Source: Chiloscyllium plagiosum (Eukaryota). From it: DNA of 64,000 nucleotides. The stretch covers positions 84,164,504-84,228,503 of the forward strand of contig NC_057719.1 of NCBI RefSeq assembly GCF_004010195.1, written 5' to 3'. Under the pieces are notes generated by a model that saw nothing but the letters and a program-made list of their open reading frames with translations, was not told the origin of the DNA and searched no databases. Position numbers and translations under genes: made by a program. The number at the start of each line of letters is the position of its first letter. Positions within the stretch are counted from its first letter, which is position 1. Positions 37,491 to 51,128 of the stretch are shown here, piece after piece.

Positions 37491-38250
37491 GATATTTTAC
37501 TCATGTATGGAACATGGAAGTCATTGATATGGCCAATATTTGTTACCCATTTCTAATTGCTCTTGAGAAGGTGTAAGTGAGCCACTTTCTTCAACCATTG
37601 CCGTCCTTGATGCAGAGGGACACTCAGTGTTGTTAGGGAGTTCCAGGATTTTGATCCAGAAACAGTGAAGGTCAGCAATATAATTGCAAGTCGGCCTAAG
37701 ATGTGGCTTTGAAGGAAACTTGCATGTGGTGGAGTTTCAGTACACCTGCTGCCCTCGTTCATCTAGGGCATGGTTATGGGTTTTAGAAGGTACTATCAAA
37801 GGAGCCTGTGGAGTTGCTGCAGCATATCTTATGGATGGTACACAATGCATTGGTGATGAAGGTACTGAATGTTGAAGGTAGTATATGGGGTATCAAGCTT
37901 GTGGACTGCTTTGCTCCAGATGAAGTCGGGTATCTTCAGTATTGTTGCAGTTATGCAGAAAAGTGTAGAGTATTTCATCACCTTCTTGTGTCTTGTAGAG
38001 ATGATGGACAGGCATTGAGAAGCAGGTGATAATTACTCTTGCAGTACAAAACATGACACCATTCCTTTCCTTGATAGTAGATTTATTCAGAAAACACAGC
38101 TTGAAGTGAGCTGCTTGCTAGGCCACTGCAGTTAAGACCCAACCACATTACTGTGGGTCTGGAGTCACATATGGGCCAGACCAGTGAAGAATGGTAGATT
38201 TCCTCCCATTCAGGGCATTAGCAATTCAGATGGGCTTTTTAAAAACAATG

Positions 38251-38440
38251 CTGAAAATGTGTTGCTGGAAAAGCGCAGGTCAGGCGGCATCCAAGGAGCA
38301 GGAGAATCGACGCTTCGGGCATGAGCCCTTCTTCAGGATTCTCCTGCTCCTTGGATGCTGCCTGACCTGCTGCGCTTTTCCAGCAACACATTGTCAGCTC
38401 TGATCTCCAGCATCTGCAGTCCTCACTTTCTCCTAGAACG
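38251..38440. mobile_element. Fold-back PLE-terminus insertion (family A variant) whose loop is a hammerhead core on the - strand
   Basis: Perfect 14-bp TSD TTTTAAAAACAATG (38237-38250, 38441-38454). Arms at 38250-38308 and 38337-38398. Loop reverse complement reads CTGAAGA a gggc-tcat-gccc GAAG cg TC. Confidence 0.88.
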
Positions 38441-39654
38441 TTTTAAAAACAATGTTGTTATCACGGTTGCTCTTACTGAAGCTCACAGGCTGTTTGCCCA
38501 GTGTGCCTCAGGCTCTTTTCCTAAACACAACAAATTATTGGGAATATATTTTTTATATTCAAGGACTGTAAAAGATATTCAAAAATATGGAATTGTTTGG
38601 ATATTTTCTAGACTGAAAAGTATTTACCATGTAACTTTATCATAGAACGAGGTCAACAGCTGAGGGTATGCTCTAAGCCACCTACTGTTTGCAGAAAAAA
38701 CTGAATGACTTTGGAGAAAGAGAAACAAACGAGATAAGGTATGGGGTTTATGGCCCTTAAACACTACAAAAGCTAGTTTTGAAAATACTATAGCAGGAAC
38801 CTCGATACTAATAGTTGCCTAGTAATGCTTTCTGGAGTTAGCTTTATGTTTTACTGACATAAGTCATCAGTAAGGAAGACACCAGAAATTGCAAGTCTCT
38901 CTTCTTCTCTTGGTGGAAACTGTCTCTAAAACTGACCAACTAATAAGCCCCGAAAAGCTGAACTTTGTCACGTTCCAAAGACTCAGATCAGTCTTAATTT
39001 CAAACTAAACTGAATATCATCAAACAGACTTTGCTGTCAGCAAGCTTCTGTTTTGCTCGTCTATTGAGATCACTATCACACTACTGTCTTAGAGAATCAG
39101 GCTCTCTTTAGATATTTTTAGATCCAACCTGTCCAAGCAGATTTTGACACACAACTGGAACAGGTGGGACTTGAACCTAGGCCTTCTGGCACAAAGATAG
39201 GGACACTATATCACTTCATCCAACTCTCTTTATACTTTTCTTTTGAGAGCCCAGAATCGGAGTAAACAAACAGATCCATTAATAATCATGTGTATCGTTA
39301 ACAACCCAATGCACAAACATTAACAGGCCTCTTGGCTTCCTTACTGCTGAAAGACACTGTCTGGTCTCAATGCATCACTGGGGAGCCTCAAAAAATAGAT
39401 GTTCTCATTTGAGCAATTCCCTGTTCAAGAAATAGGCAAGACAAAGCAGTTCTTAGAAACTGTCCAGGCAAAGAAAAGATAAAGGCAACCATTCAAGTAC
39501 ATTTGAGCAAAACATACATAATGCCTGCAACTCAAATTTAATGCCTTGATCTCACAAACAGAAAGTACGATGGAAAACAATTAGCAATGTAGCAAGTTGA
39601 GCTAGAACATCATTTCCAAAGAGCTGATTTTTGACCTTCAGTGTACTAATACGA

Positions 39655-40780
39655 TCAGAAGAAAATAGTAGCAAGAGTAGACCATTCAGCTCTTCAAGCT
39701 TATGCCATCATTCAATAAGGTAATAGCTGATCTAAATGGGCCTTAAATCCCCTTTCTTACCCTACCCTCATCTCCTTATGGTTCAAAAATCTGTCAAACT
39801 TATGTTTTGCCTCACCGGGGTAGGGTGTTGGAAATCAAGACTTGATATTACTAGATTCATCACAAAAGTTAAAGACCTTTTAAAGAACTTACAAAGACCC
39901 TTCTGGAACACCACTAGTCACCAGTTGCCATCCTGAGAAGGACTCTTTTATCCTCACTCTCTGGCTATCTGGTAGAAAGCAATGTTCTATCCATGCTAAT
40001 ACCTCATCCTCTAACATTATGGGCCCTTATCATACTCAGCAGCCTTCATTGCAGCACCTTGTCAAATGCCTTCTTGAAGTCCAGGTAGATGACATCCATT
40101 GGCTCTCCTTGGTCTAATTACCTCCTCAAAGAATTCTAGCAGATTTGTCAGGCATGACCTCCCCTTGATCAAACCATGCTGACTTTGCCCTATTTTTCCA
40201 TTCACTTCAAAGTATTCAGAAATCTCATCCTTCACAATGGACTCCAAAATCTTTCCAACAACTGAGTTCAGGTTAATTAGCCTATAATTTCCCATCTTTT
40301 GCCTTATTCCCTTCTTAAACAGGGGGGTTACATTGGTGATTTTCCAGTCCTCCATGATGCTCCTTAACTCCAGTACACCCTGAAAGATCAACATTAACGC
40401 CTCCTCTACTTCTTCAGCTATCTTCTTCAATTGTGTAGCCCATCTTCAGACCTTTCAGTTTTTCTAGCACCTTCTCCTTGGTGTTGGCCACCAGAGTCAC
40501 CTCTGCCCCCCAACTCTCATGAATGTTTGGGATATTACTCGTGTTTTCCACTGTGAAGATTGACTTAAAGTACTGATTCAGTTCCTCAGCCACTCCTTTG
40601 TGCCCCATTACTGCTCCTCCAGCATCATTTTCCACTTTCATCTCTCAACATCCACTTTCATCTCTCTTTTGCACTTTATATATCTGAAGAAACTCTTGTA
40701 ATCTCCTTTTATATTACTGGCTAGCTTACACTCAGATTCAATATTCTCTTTTCTTATTTCTTTCTTCGTTGTCTTCTGTT
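39655..40780 (-). mobile_element. CR1 LINE fragments (RT N-terminal region)
   Basis: ORF 40062-40430: DWKITNVTPLFKKG..NYRLINL..SQHG..RSCLTNLLEFFEE. Confidence 0.9.
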
Positions 40781-41359
40781 GTTGTTGTCCAAACAATGAG
40801 GTAAAATAGGTTATTAACAGAGGGAAAGAAGAAAGCAGTTGATTAGTCTTTATTCCAAGATACTGTTGTTAAGATGATCCTTACAACTCTTCTGCTGGTG
40901 AGCATGTTGCTTCAGTTGTTTTTCTTCAGTTGCTTCTACTGGATGGTAAGAGACACAAGGTGGCTGGTACACTTATTAAAGAGCTTCTGATTTGTCGGTT
41001 AAAAGTCACAGCTTACAACAATTGTTGTAGAAAAGATAAACTAGGATACTTCAGGCTTTCAGTGAGTTTTGACTGCAGAGAATAGACTGTTCCCTTGTTG
41101 AGGAAGAACTGAACACTTTCTCTTTGTAATTTTTTCCCCAACTCTAAGTTGTTCATGCAGTTGTTGTGAAAAAAAAGCTCGGTCACTGATAACCGTCTCT
41201 AGTCCATAGACCAATCAACTTCTCGTTCAAACAGATACCTACAATTCCTACCATGGGTCTCAGGTTATTTGCTTTTCAATATGTGCAACAAAATGTTGAT
41301 TTTTTTTTAAAAAACAGCTCTTTCTCACTTCAGTCCCCCAAATAAAATCACGTTCCTTA

Positions 41360-42680
41360 TACTTAGCCTTGAATATATTCAATAAACTAGCTTCCATTAC
41401 TCTCTGGAATCAAAAATTAATGACCCTTCGAGGCAAGAAATTTATTCTCTTCTCTATCTTAAATAGGAGATTACTTTCAAACTGAGTCCCCTGTTTTAGA
41501 CTTCACCAAGGAATAATATCCTTTCTGCACTGAATTTATCATGTACCCTCAGAATCTTTTATATTTTGATCAAATCACTTCATTTTTTCCAAACTCCAAT
41601 GAGTTTAGGCACAATCTGCTCAGCCTTTCCCAAAGACAACCTCCTACAGCTGACTGATCCTTCTCTGAACTGTTTCCAACCAAGTATATTCTTCCATTAG
41701 CAAAATGATCTAAAAAATGTACACAGTGCTCAAGGAGTGGTCTACCCTGTACAGGTGCGGCACAACTTCCCTACTTTATATTCCATTCTCCTTACAATAA
41801 AAACCAACATTCCACATACCTTCCTAATTACTTCCTGTACTTGCATACTAAACTTCTGGTGATTCATATGTGAAGACATCCAGACCCCTTTCTACTGCAG
41901 CATTCCGCAAGCTTTCCAGTTAAACAATATTCTCCACTTCTATACTTCCGACCAACATGCATGAACTCATTTTTCTGCATTAAATCCATCTGCCAAAAGT
42001 TTGCCACTCACCTACCTATCTATATCACTTTGCAAACTCATATCTTCCCTTACTGCATTGCATTTTTATTGTATTGTCAGCAGACCCAAATAGTTGAAAC
42101 CCAACACTTGTTTCTCATTACAGTTTGCCAAACCGAAAATTATTTAGAACAAGCTTACAATTTGAGTCTAAATTACTCTTCATCAGAGCTGTTCTGATAG
42201 TTAGTCAATCCCTCTATCCATGCTAACATATCACCCCAATACATAAGCTCTATTCTTATGCAGTAACCTTTTACATGGCACCTTATCAAATGCCTTTCGA
42301 AAATGCAAATACACCACATCTAGTGGTTCCCTTTATCCACCCTGATAATTACATCTTTATAAGAACTCAAAACACATTTGTCAAACATAATTTAAACTTC
42401 ACAAAACCATGTTAAATTATGATCTTCCAAATGAGAGATAATGTTATGCTACTACTTCACAATAACAGATTTTCCCAATGACAGATGTTAGACAAACTGG
42501 CCTGTGGAGGACAAATGTATAATCTGAAACTAATTATTTTAAGACCTAGGATGTGGACGGTCAGACATGTTTTTTCTCTACTGATTACATTCATTTTAAG
42601 TTTCTCTTTCCTTTTTGCTTCATGATGCTTGCAACAATTTAAGTCTTCTAGTGTGAAGACAGACACAAAATGCTTTCTTC
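41360..42680 (-). mobile_element. Old degenerate CR1
   Basis: GGCACCTTATCAAATGCCTTTCGAAAATGCAAATACACCACATC is the reverse complement of DVVYLHFRKAFDKVP. Confidence 0.75.
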
Positions 42681-43338
42681 AAAGCTTCTGTCTGTTTCTC
42701 CTCTCCCATTATTAATTAATCAGTTTAATAATTTAAATTAAAATGCTCACTTTAGCTATTTTCATTTTATTACAAAATTCTACTTGTGGAAGCGCCTACT
42801 GTTTTTCTTTTCTGTAACTGACTGGCTCTCTTGCAGTTTAATTTCTCCCTTTCTTTAAAAAAAAGTGATCTTCTGCTGATTTGCAAATTATTTCCAATTT
42901 TCTAGCTTATTGCATTCCTCATAGCATTGTATATAGTTCATTTCAAGCAAGAATGTCCAGTATTAAGTTGATTGTGGCAACTAAGTATAGCTCAACATAA
43001 AGAATTAATTCTAAGGAGACATTAAATCTATGGACTAGTTGCTGACAACAGCTCTACCTTGACTATATCAAGTGCTCTAGATATGAACTACCAGGGACTT
43101 GGAAAGCAAGTAGGCTGGAAAGGAGGTCTAGCCTTTATGAGCTATAGGTTTCGAAGAGGAACATTGCTCATAATACCATCACTTAAGCACTGCACCAACA
43201 TCCAAAGCATGCAACATTTTTCTATCTGTATTACCACTGCAGCCACTAATACAGTGCTGGCTCATTTAACAATAGATGTTAACAAGCTCCAACAAACCAA
43301 TCACAACCACAAATAGAAAAAAAGGCCTATGGTCTTAC

Positions 43339-43522
43339 CGGAATGGAGAATTCTTCTGCCAAAAATTTTAGTGTGGCAGCTTCACTTGACAGCAGGTTAC
43401 TACGCTCTGACAGGTTACCCTGGAGCCTGGTATCAAATTCTTTGCGAACCACTGATGCAACTGAGTCCACCACAATCAATTTTACTCCTTTCAAGATAAT
43501 GTCTTCTTCCAAGGATTCCAAT
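43339..43522 (-). CDS. RAD51B: RAD51B coding exon (equivalent to exon 7) with Walker B, (R)LESLEEDIILKGVKLIVVDSVASVVRKEFDTRLQGNLSERSNLLSSEAATLKFLAEEFSIP
   Basis: AG at 43524-43523, GTAAG donor from 43338, 184 nt, phase 2/0. DSVASVVRKEFD and LAEEFSIP are characteristic of RAD51B. Confidence 0.97.
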
Positions 43523-43557
43523 CTGGCATTAAAAGGGGAATAAACTGACATTAACAC

Positions 43558-43771
43558 TGAAATTGCTCCACAGAGGCCAATATCCCACCACCAAGTCACC
43601 CTTTATTTACATGCGCATGGTACTTGACAGTAGTCCAGCATTCTCAGGGCAAACAGAACCTCTGACACTGTTTATATCTGTTAGCCAGGGCTCTCTGAAC
43701 CAGACCAACAGCCCCAATCAGGGAACTTAATTTCTATGAAATCCACTCAGCTGACCTTATTAATCACTACA
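43558..43771 (-). mobile_element. Probable solo LTR (214 bp)
   Basis: TG...CA termini, 5-bp TSD AACAC / AACGC (43553-43557, 43772-43776), minus-strand AATAAA at 43607-43602. Confidence 0.7.
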
Positions 43772-44198
43772 AACGCATGACAGACCACTGAAAAATACAG
43801 CGGGAGTGTAGTGTAGATGTCTGCTTTTTTCTACATGTGTGGATTGAAAGAGTACAGGCTTTCAGTTGCTGTTGCAGTAAGTTTTCTTGGTCGTGGGACT
43901 TTTAACCCTAAAGTCCCCAATGTGCCCTGGAAGAGAAGTAAAGCATGGAACTGACACCCCCGTGACATTTTAACTTCTTCAGTAGTATAAAACTAAAGTA
44001 CATTTATCACATCAATCCTTGTACTCTCCACCTAGACATATTCAAAAATCTAGAGGGAAAGTAAGGAACAGTTTGCTCTCGACTAGATCATAAAGTACCA
44101 ATGAAGGACTTATCAAAGTGCAATTACTATTAAAACATGTCATCTAAATTAGACGAACAAGACAGCAGAGTAATCAATGTTGGCTAGGACACCAGGTA

Positions 44199-44297
44199 GA
44201 ATCTGAAACCAAAAGAGAAAATGCTGGTAAATCTCAGCAGGTCCTGCAGCATCTGTAAGGAGAGAAAAGAGCTGACGTTTCGAGTCTAACTGACCCT
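44199..44297 (-). mobile_element. Family C PLE terminus with the 3' half of a hammerhead, abutting a CR1 fragment (44298-44845)
   Basis: Near-identical to the arms of the 18195 element. Reverse complement reads gggtc-agtta-gactc GAAACGTC agct. The adjacent CR1 ORF 44286-44624 contains IKENPKAFY. Confidence 0.8.
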
Positions 44298-45087
44298 GTC
44301 TAGTCCAGTAGCCTGTATCTCAGTATTCTCCTCGACAAAAATGTCTTTTACCTGTGCGAATACTGACGAAAAATATTCATTTAGCGCTTCCCCTATCTCC
44401 TCGGGCTCTACGCACAACTTCTCACTTCTGTCCTTGATTGGTCCTAACTTTACTCTCGTTGTTCTTTTATTCCTGACAGACCTATAGAAAGCTTTAGGGT
44501 TTTCCTTGATCCTACATGCCAATGATTTCTCATGTCCCCTCCTGACTCCTCTTAGTTCTCTCTTTAGGTCCTTCCTGGCTAACTTGTAACTGGCAAGTGT
44601 CCTAACTGAGCCTTCATGTCTCATCCTTACATAGAATCACTCCTTCCTCTTGACATGAGATTCAACCTTTTGTTTAGTAAACTACAGCTCCCTTGCTTGA
44701 CCACTTCCTCCATGTCTGACAGATACATACTTATCAAGGACACACAGTAGCTGTTCCTTGAATAAGCTCCACATTTCAATTGTGCCCAACCCCTGCAGTT
44801 TCCTTCCCCATCCTGTGCATCCTAAATCTTGCCTAATCATGTCATGTGTCCTCTTCAGTTTTGACGCTCCAGGGTATGCGTTAAACTGAAGCTGGGCCAA
44901 TCAGAAGGTTGTACTATGCCGATTTCTCCTGAACCCACGACATCTGTTGCCAATTGAAAAGCCAATCAAAACGCTAACATTGGGCAGAGCTACTCTGAAC
45001 ACACAGATGACACTTTGTCTGGGCACAGTGCCCTAAAGGTAGCATTGTTGTAGATATTTCAGTTTATTAAATTTGTAATTCCAACCC

Positions 45088-48000
45088 CTTCAATCCAACT
45101 TGTCCATGCCCCCATGTTTCCCAAACTAAACTAGTCCCATTTGCCTGCATTTGGCCCATATCCCTCTAATCCTTTCTTATCCATGTACCTGTCTTTTAAA
45201 TGTGGTAACTGCTCCTGCATCTAACACTTCCTCTGGCAGTTCACTCCACACACAAACCACCCTCTGTGAAAAACGTTGCCCCTCAGGTCACTTTTAGATC
45301 TTTCTCCTCTCACCTTAAAACTATGCCCTCTAGTTTTGAATTCTCCAAACCTGGGGACAAGACTTCTGCTCTTCACTGTATTTATACCCCCGTGATTTTA
45401 GAAATTTTGATAAAGTTACTCCTCAATCTCCCTCACTCCAGTGAAAATGCCCTAGCTCATTCAGCATTTCCTTACAACTCAAACCCTCCTGCTTAAATGT
45501 TATGAAGGCTTCTACCTCTACACACCAACATGATGTGGAGGTGCCGGTGTTGGACTGGGTTGGACAAAGTTAAAAATCACACAACGCCAGGTTATAGTCC
45601 AACAAGCTTATTTGGAAGTACTAGCTTTAAGAGAAGGAGCAGCGCTCTGAAAGCTAGTACTTCCAAATAAACCTGTTGGACGGTAACCTGGTGTTGTGCG
45701 ATTTTTAACTTTTAGCACCCAAACAGGCAATGAGTTGCAGATCCCCATCATCCTCTCAGTGAAAAGGAATTTTCCTCACATCTCTTCTAAACCTGCTGTC
45801 CCTTACTTTAAGGTCAAGTTCCCTGGTCATTGCTCCCTCCATCACGGGATACAGTTCCTTCTTGTCTAACCTATCTCATAATTTGATACATATTAATTAT
45901 GTCCCCTCTCAATCTCCAAGAAAACAATATCAGTCTGACCAATCTCTCTTCAAAACTGAATTCTCCAGCACTGGCAACATTCTCTTCTGCACCCTATCCA
46001 GTGTTACCACATCCTCCTATAATTCCAGAACTGCACACAATACTCTAGCAGCGGCCTAACCAATGTTTTAGGTAGTTATAGCATAACCTCCCTGTTCTTA
46101 AACTCTACGCCTTGACTAATGTAACATTCGCCTTCATAACCACTTTATTCGCCTGTCCTGATACCTTAAAGGACCAGTGCACATTCACACTAACATTCCT
46201 TGAGCTTTGGTGTTTTATATACATTCATCACGTATCCCCTTGCCTGGTTTGTCCCACTAAAGTGCATTTCCTCACATTTATCCAAATGTGCCAGAGATCC
46301 TACCTGCTTTTACATCCACCTGTAATCTAAGGGTATAGTCCTCACTATTGACCACCCCATTAATTTTTACATCATCTGCAAACTTATTAAATCAACCCTT
46401 CTACATCCAAACCTAAATCATTTATACAAATCACAAACAGAAAGAACCCCAACACTGACCCCTGTGGTATCCCGCTGGACACAGACTTCCAGTCAGAAAG
46501 TCCAAGTTGACTACATCAAAAGCATTGCCTTGACACACTTGGTCAATTCTTTAAAAAAATTCAAACAAATTGCTCAGACATGACCTCCCATTAACAAAGC
46601 CATGCTGACTGTTCTCAATTCATCCCTGCCGCTCCAAAAACTGTCCCTCAGGATTTCTTTCAACAGTTTCCCCATCACTGAAATTAGACTGACTGGCCTG
46701 TAGATTCCCGGTTTATCCCTTGCTCTCTTCTTGAAGAGTGATGCTACACTGACTAAACTCCAGTCCTCCTGGCCCTCTCCTACGGCCAGAGAGAAACTCA
46801 AAATCTTTGCAAGCACCCTCATAATCCCTCCTTTGCCTGACTCAATACTCTGAGATACATTTCTTATGGCCATAAGAGATGTTTCTACTTGGAAGCCTGT
46901 GGACCACTCGGAACCTCCTTTCTGTCAATGAAACATTTCTTCAGTGTTATCACAGGTTTTCTCACTAATTTCAAACCCACTTCTTCTGACTTGCGAACAC
47001 TGAAGCAAATTATTAAATTAGAACCCTACCTACATCCTCTGGTTTCATGCTCAAATTACCACTTGATCCTTATTGGGCCCAACTCTTTCCCTTGTTATCC
47101 TTTTTCCCTTATTATATTTGTAAAGCAACTTAGGATTTTCCTTTATTTTCCTGTCAACATCCTTTTAGCTTTCCTAATATTTTTAAACTCCCTCTTGCAC
47201 ATTCCAAACCCCTCTAGGGCTCCTTCTGTTTGCTCTTAATCCAATGCAGTATATCCCTCAATATCCAGGGATACAGAATTTGATGGTCCCATACCTTGTA
47301 ATGCATTGTCCCTGTACTCTCCATATTTCTTTCTTGAATGCATCCCATTATTTTAAGACCTGAACGTATCTGCTCCCAGTCCACCATGGCCAAGTCAATT
47401 TTGATCTTATCAGTCTTCCCCTGGTTTACAACTTCAGGCCCATCCTTCTCGTTTTGCATAACAATCTTGAGTTATGATCCGGGTCTGACAAATTATCCCC
47501 CACAGGTACTTCAATCATTTGGTGAGCTTTGTAACCTAAAACTAAGCCCAGGACAAGCCCCTCTCTTGTGGGACCATCTGTGTATTGGCTTAAAAGACTC
47601 CCCTGGAATGATTTTAAGAATTTTGCTCAACTTAAATCTTTCACACCATGACTAACCCGGTTATTACTGGGTAAGTCGACATCCCTCACTGTCACTACCC
47701 TACTACTTTATACATGAGATTTGCCTACATATTTGTTCTTCTATTTCTCTTGGACTGTTAGGGGATCTATACTACAGTAATGTAATTGTCCCTTTTTGGT
47801 TATTAAATTCTTACCATCTGGCTTCATTTGAGAACCCTCAAAGATGATAACACTTCTTATTGCTGTAACAAATTGCCTGATCAAAACTGTGACACCTTCC
47901 CTGTCTTACCTGAAGACCTTGCATCCTAAAATACTGAACTGCCAGCCCTGCCCTCTCTCAACCATGTCTCAGTGACAGCATTGACATCATACGGCAATGC

Positions 48001-48530
48001 TTTAATGCATGCCCTCAACTCATCTGCTTTGTTTGACAGACTCCTCGCATTAAAATTAGTACCATCCAACCTTGCCAAACTCCCTTGTGCATGAATGCTT
48101 TCCTGATTGGCTAAAATTAGAAGAGATCGCGAGTCAATCATCATCTACTGCTGAACATTCTCTCGAATCCACAATCTTGCCAAATTGGTTTAAACCCTCC
48201 ATAAGAGCTCTAGCAAACCTCCCTGCAAGGACGCTGGTCCCATTCTGCAACCCGTCCACCTCGTACGGTTCCCACCACTCCCAAAAATTGCCCTAATGTC
48301 CCAGAAATCTGAAGCCCTCCACTATCTCTGCAGCCACACATTCATCTGGACTAACCTATTTCTGTACTCAACTCGCAAGTGGCAGAAGTAATCCAGAAAT
48401 TACTACCTTTTAGCTCCTGCTCCTTAATCTACTTCCCAGCTCCCTAAATTCTGCTTTCAGGATCTCATCCCTTTTTTCTACCAAAGTTATGGGTACCAAT
48501 ATGTACTACAATCTGCCTTTTCCCTCAAAA
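45088..48530 (-). mobile_element. Cluster of - strand CR1 copies, including a long decayed element from endonuclease to 3' UTR
   Basis: NARSL..VTETWL (ORF 47926-48144), YRPVSLISV (ORF 46574-46873), and 3' ends at about 45090 and 45500. Confidence 0.85.
45530..45712. mobile_element. Fold-back insertion (family B)
   Basis: 63-bp arms at 45566-45628 and 45650-45712. The loop retains hammerhead stem II, but CTGATGA is lost. Confidence 0.85.
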
Positions 48531-48602
48531 ATCTCAAAACTCTGATCTCCTGCATAACCCATTTTACTCATCCTATCACTATCATTGACTTTAGTATTCA
48601 CG

Positions 48603-50203
48603 AGCTTGGAGGGTGGCTAATGTTGTACCTTTGTTTAAGAAAGATTGTAAGGAGAAACAGAAGAACTATAGACCTGTCAGTCTGACTTCTGTTGTGGATA
48701 AATTGTTGGAGGTGATTTTAAAAGATAGGATTTATGGACATTTAGAGAATCAAAAAAAAAACTGATTGGGAATAGTCAGCATCATTGAGTGCAAGGAAAA
48801 TTGTGTCTCACAACTTGATTGAGTTTTTTAAGGAAGTTACCAAAAAGACTGATGTGGGCACAGCATTAGAGGTTGTTTATTTGGACATTAGTGAAGCCTT
48901 CTACAAGTCTCGGTATGGTAGACTAATAAATAAAGTTAGGTCACATGAGATTCAGGGTGAGCTTGCCAACCTGATATATAATTGGTTTAATGGCAGGAGG
49001 CAGAGTGGTGGTGGAGGGCTGCTTTGAGGCCTGTGACCAGCAGTGTTCCACATGAATGGTTCTGGGTCCTGTTTTGTTTGTTATTTATATAAATGATTTG
49101 GATGAGAATATAGAAGGCATGGTTAGTAAGTTTGTGGTTGACATCAAAATTGGTGTCATAGTAGACAGTGAAGAAGGTTATCTCAGATGACAAAGGGATC
49201 TTGATTAAATGGGTCAATGGGCTAAAAAAATAAAAAATGGAGTTCAATCTGGATAAATAGGATGTAATGTATTTTGAGGCAACAAACAGGGATAGGACAT
49301 AAACAATTAATGGTAAGGCCTTGAGTAGTGTTGTCAAGTAGAGGGCCCAAGGGGTTCAGGTATATAATTCTTTGAAGTTTGCTTCACATATAGACAGGGA
49401 GGTTAAAGAGGCATTTGGTATGCTTGCTTTCATTGCTCAGTCCTTCGACTATCAGAATTGGGAAGCCATGTTAGAACATAGAACACTACAGCACAGTACA
49501 GGCCCTTTGGCCCTCGATGTTGCACTACCTGCAGAACCAATCTGAAGCCCATCTAACCTACACTATTCCATTTTCATCCATATATCTATACAATGACCAT
49601 TTAAATGCCCTTAAAGTTGGCAAGTCTACTATTGTTGCAGGCAGGGCAAAGGTGTGTTGAGGTTGTGCAGGCTACTGATGGGGCCTCTTCTGGAACAGTG
49701 TGCCCAGTTCTGGTCGCCCCATTACTGGAAGGAAAATATTGAGTTGGAGAGGGTTCAGAAGAGATCTACCAGGATGTTGCCAGGTGTGGAAGGTTTGAGT
49801 AATAAAGAAATGCTGGAAAGTCTGTGACTTCTTTTCAATGGAGTTTGAGAGGTGACCTTATAAAAGTTGATAAAATCATGAGGGGTAGTTATCCTTTGCC
49901 TGGGATAGGGGATTTCAAGATTCGTGGGGCACATTTTTAAGGCAGGAGGAGAGAAACTTAAAAAAGACATGAGAGGGAAATCTTTTACACAGCGTGTGAT
50001 TTGTGTTTGGAATGAACTTCCTGAGGAAGTAGTAAATGTGGGTGCAGTTACAACATTTAAAAGACATTTGGACAGGTACACGAATAGAAAAGTTTGGAGG
50101 GATTTGGACCAGGAGAAGCAGGTGGGAACAGCTTTATTTGGGCTTACGTTTGGCATGGATTGGTTGGATCGAAAGGTTGGTTTCCATGCTGTATGACTCT
50201 ATG
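48603..50203 (+). mobile_element. CR1 LINE 3' 1.6 kb, decayed, with a - strand CR1 tail inserted at about 49472-49650
   Basis: Collinear with 61680-63135. Confidence 0.9.
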
Positions 50204-50859
50204 ACCTGTTGCTTCTCCTTATAGAAACCTTTTAAGATGTTACTTTAAAAAATTCCTCTGACAAAGTTTTTTTGTTATCTGTGACAATTTGTGGCTCAAT
50301 ATTAAATTTTATTTGATAATGCTGGTCTGAAGATTTGGGTCATTCCTGCATTTATATAGATTCATTTAAATTATTATAAATTAAAATGTATCATACTGTG
50401 GTTGCAGCCTCCTTCCCATTGAAACAACTGTGCATCACTTAATAACTTGGTCCCAAAAGCACAGGTTATTCCAATCTCTTTCTCCAGTTGCCACGACGTT
50501 TTCAATTTAACAAACATAAACATTTAAACACATTTCAAGAATAAGAATTCAGTCTACGACTTTGAAAACACAGTGGCAATTACATTAGCGCGTACAAGTC
50601 CAATTTAACTCTCTCCTTAAATCCTAATAACTGTTCCCATTTCATTGTGCAGCCTCAGAAGATCACCTAAGTCACAGAAAGATTGCAGAGTTGAAAACAT
50701 GTTTGGTTTCTCAATTGGGAAACAGTGATGGGTAGTGTCTGGCATGCTGTTAATTCGGTATGAAACGGAAGTTCAAATTACAGAGTGCAATGACCTTCTG
50801 TTAGTACCACTGAACCCCTACACTGGGTAAGCAGGCAAGTTGGCCCACTGTGGCCACAT

Positions 50860-51128
50860 CATACCTCCAAAGAGTCTCCCACCCTGACCCATCCAGCTAC
50901 TCTATCCCAGTAACCCTGCATTTCTTAAGGCTAATCCACCTAACCTACACATCACCAAAGACTACAGGACAATTTAGCATGGGCAATCCACCTAACCTGC
51001 ACTTGTTTGGACTGGGAGAAAACCAGAGTATCTGGATGAAACTCACCCAGACAGGGGGAGCGTGGGCAAACTCCACACAGTCGCCAGAGGCTGGAACCAG
51101 GTCCTCGACACTGAGCCACCATGCCCAC
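50860..51128 (-). mobile_element. Older V-SINE copy
   Basis: Decayed match to the reverse complement of 23173-23430. Confidence 0.75.

Larger units (their letters stand above)
1..43338 (-). other. RAD51B: 5' part of a long RAD51B intron (equivalent to intron 7)
   Basis: I found no convincing next exon (expected to start VILTNQ-like) downstream of the 43338 donor. The orthologous human intron is known to be very large. Confidence 0.75.
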
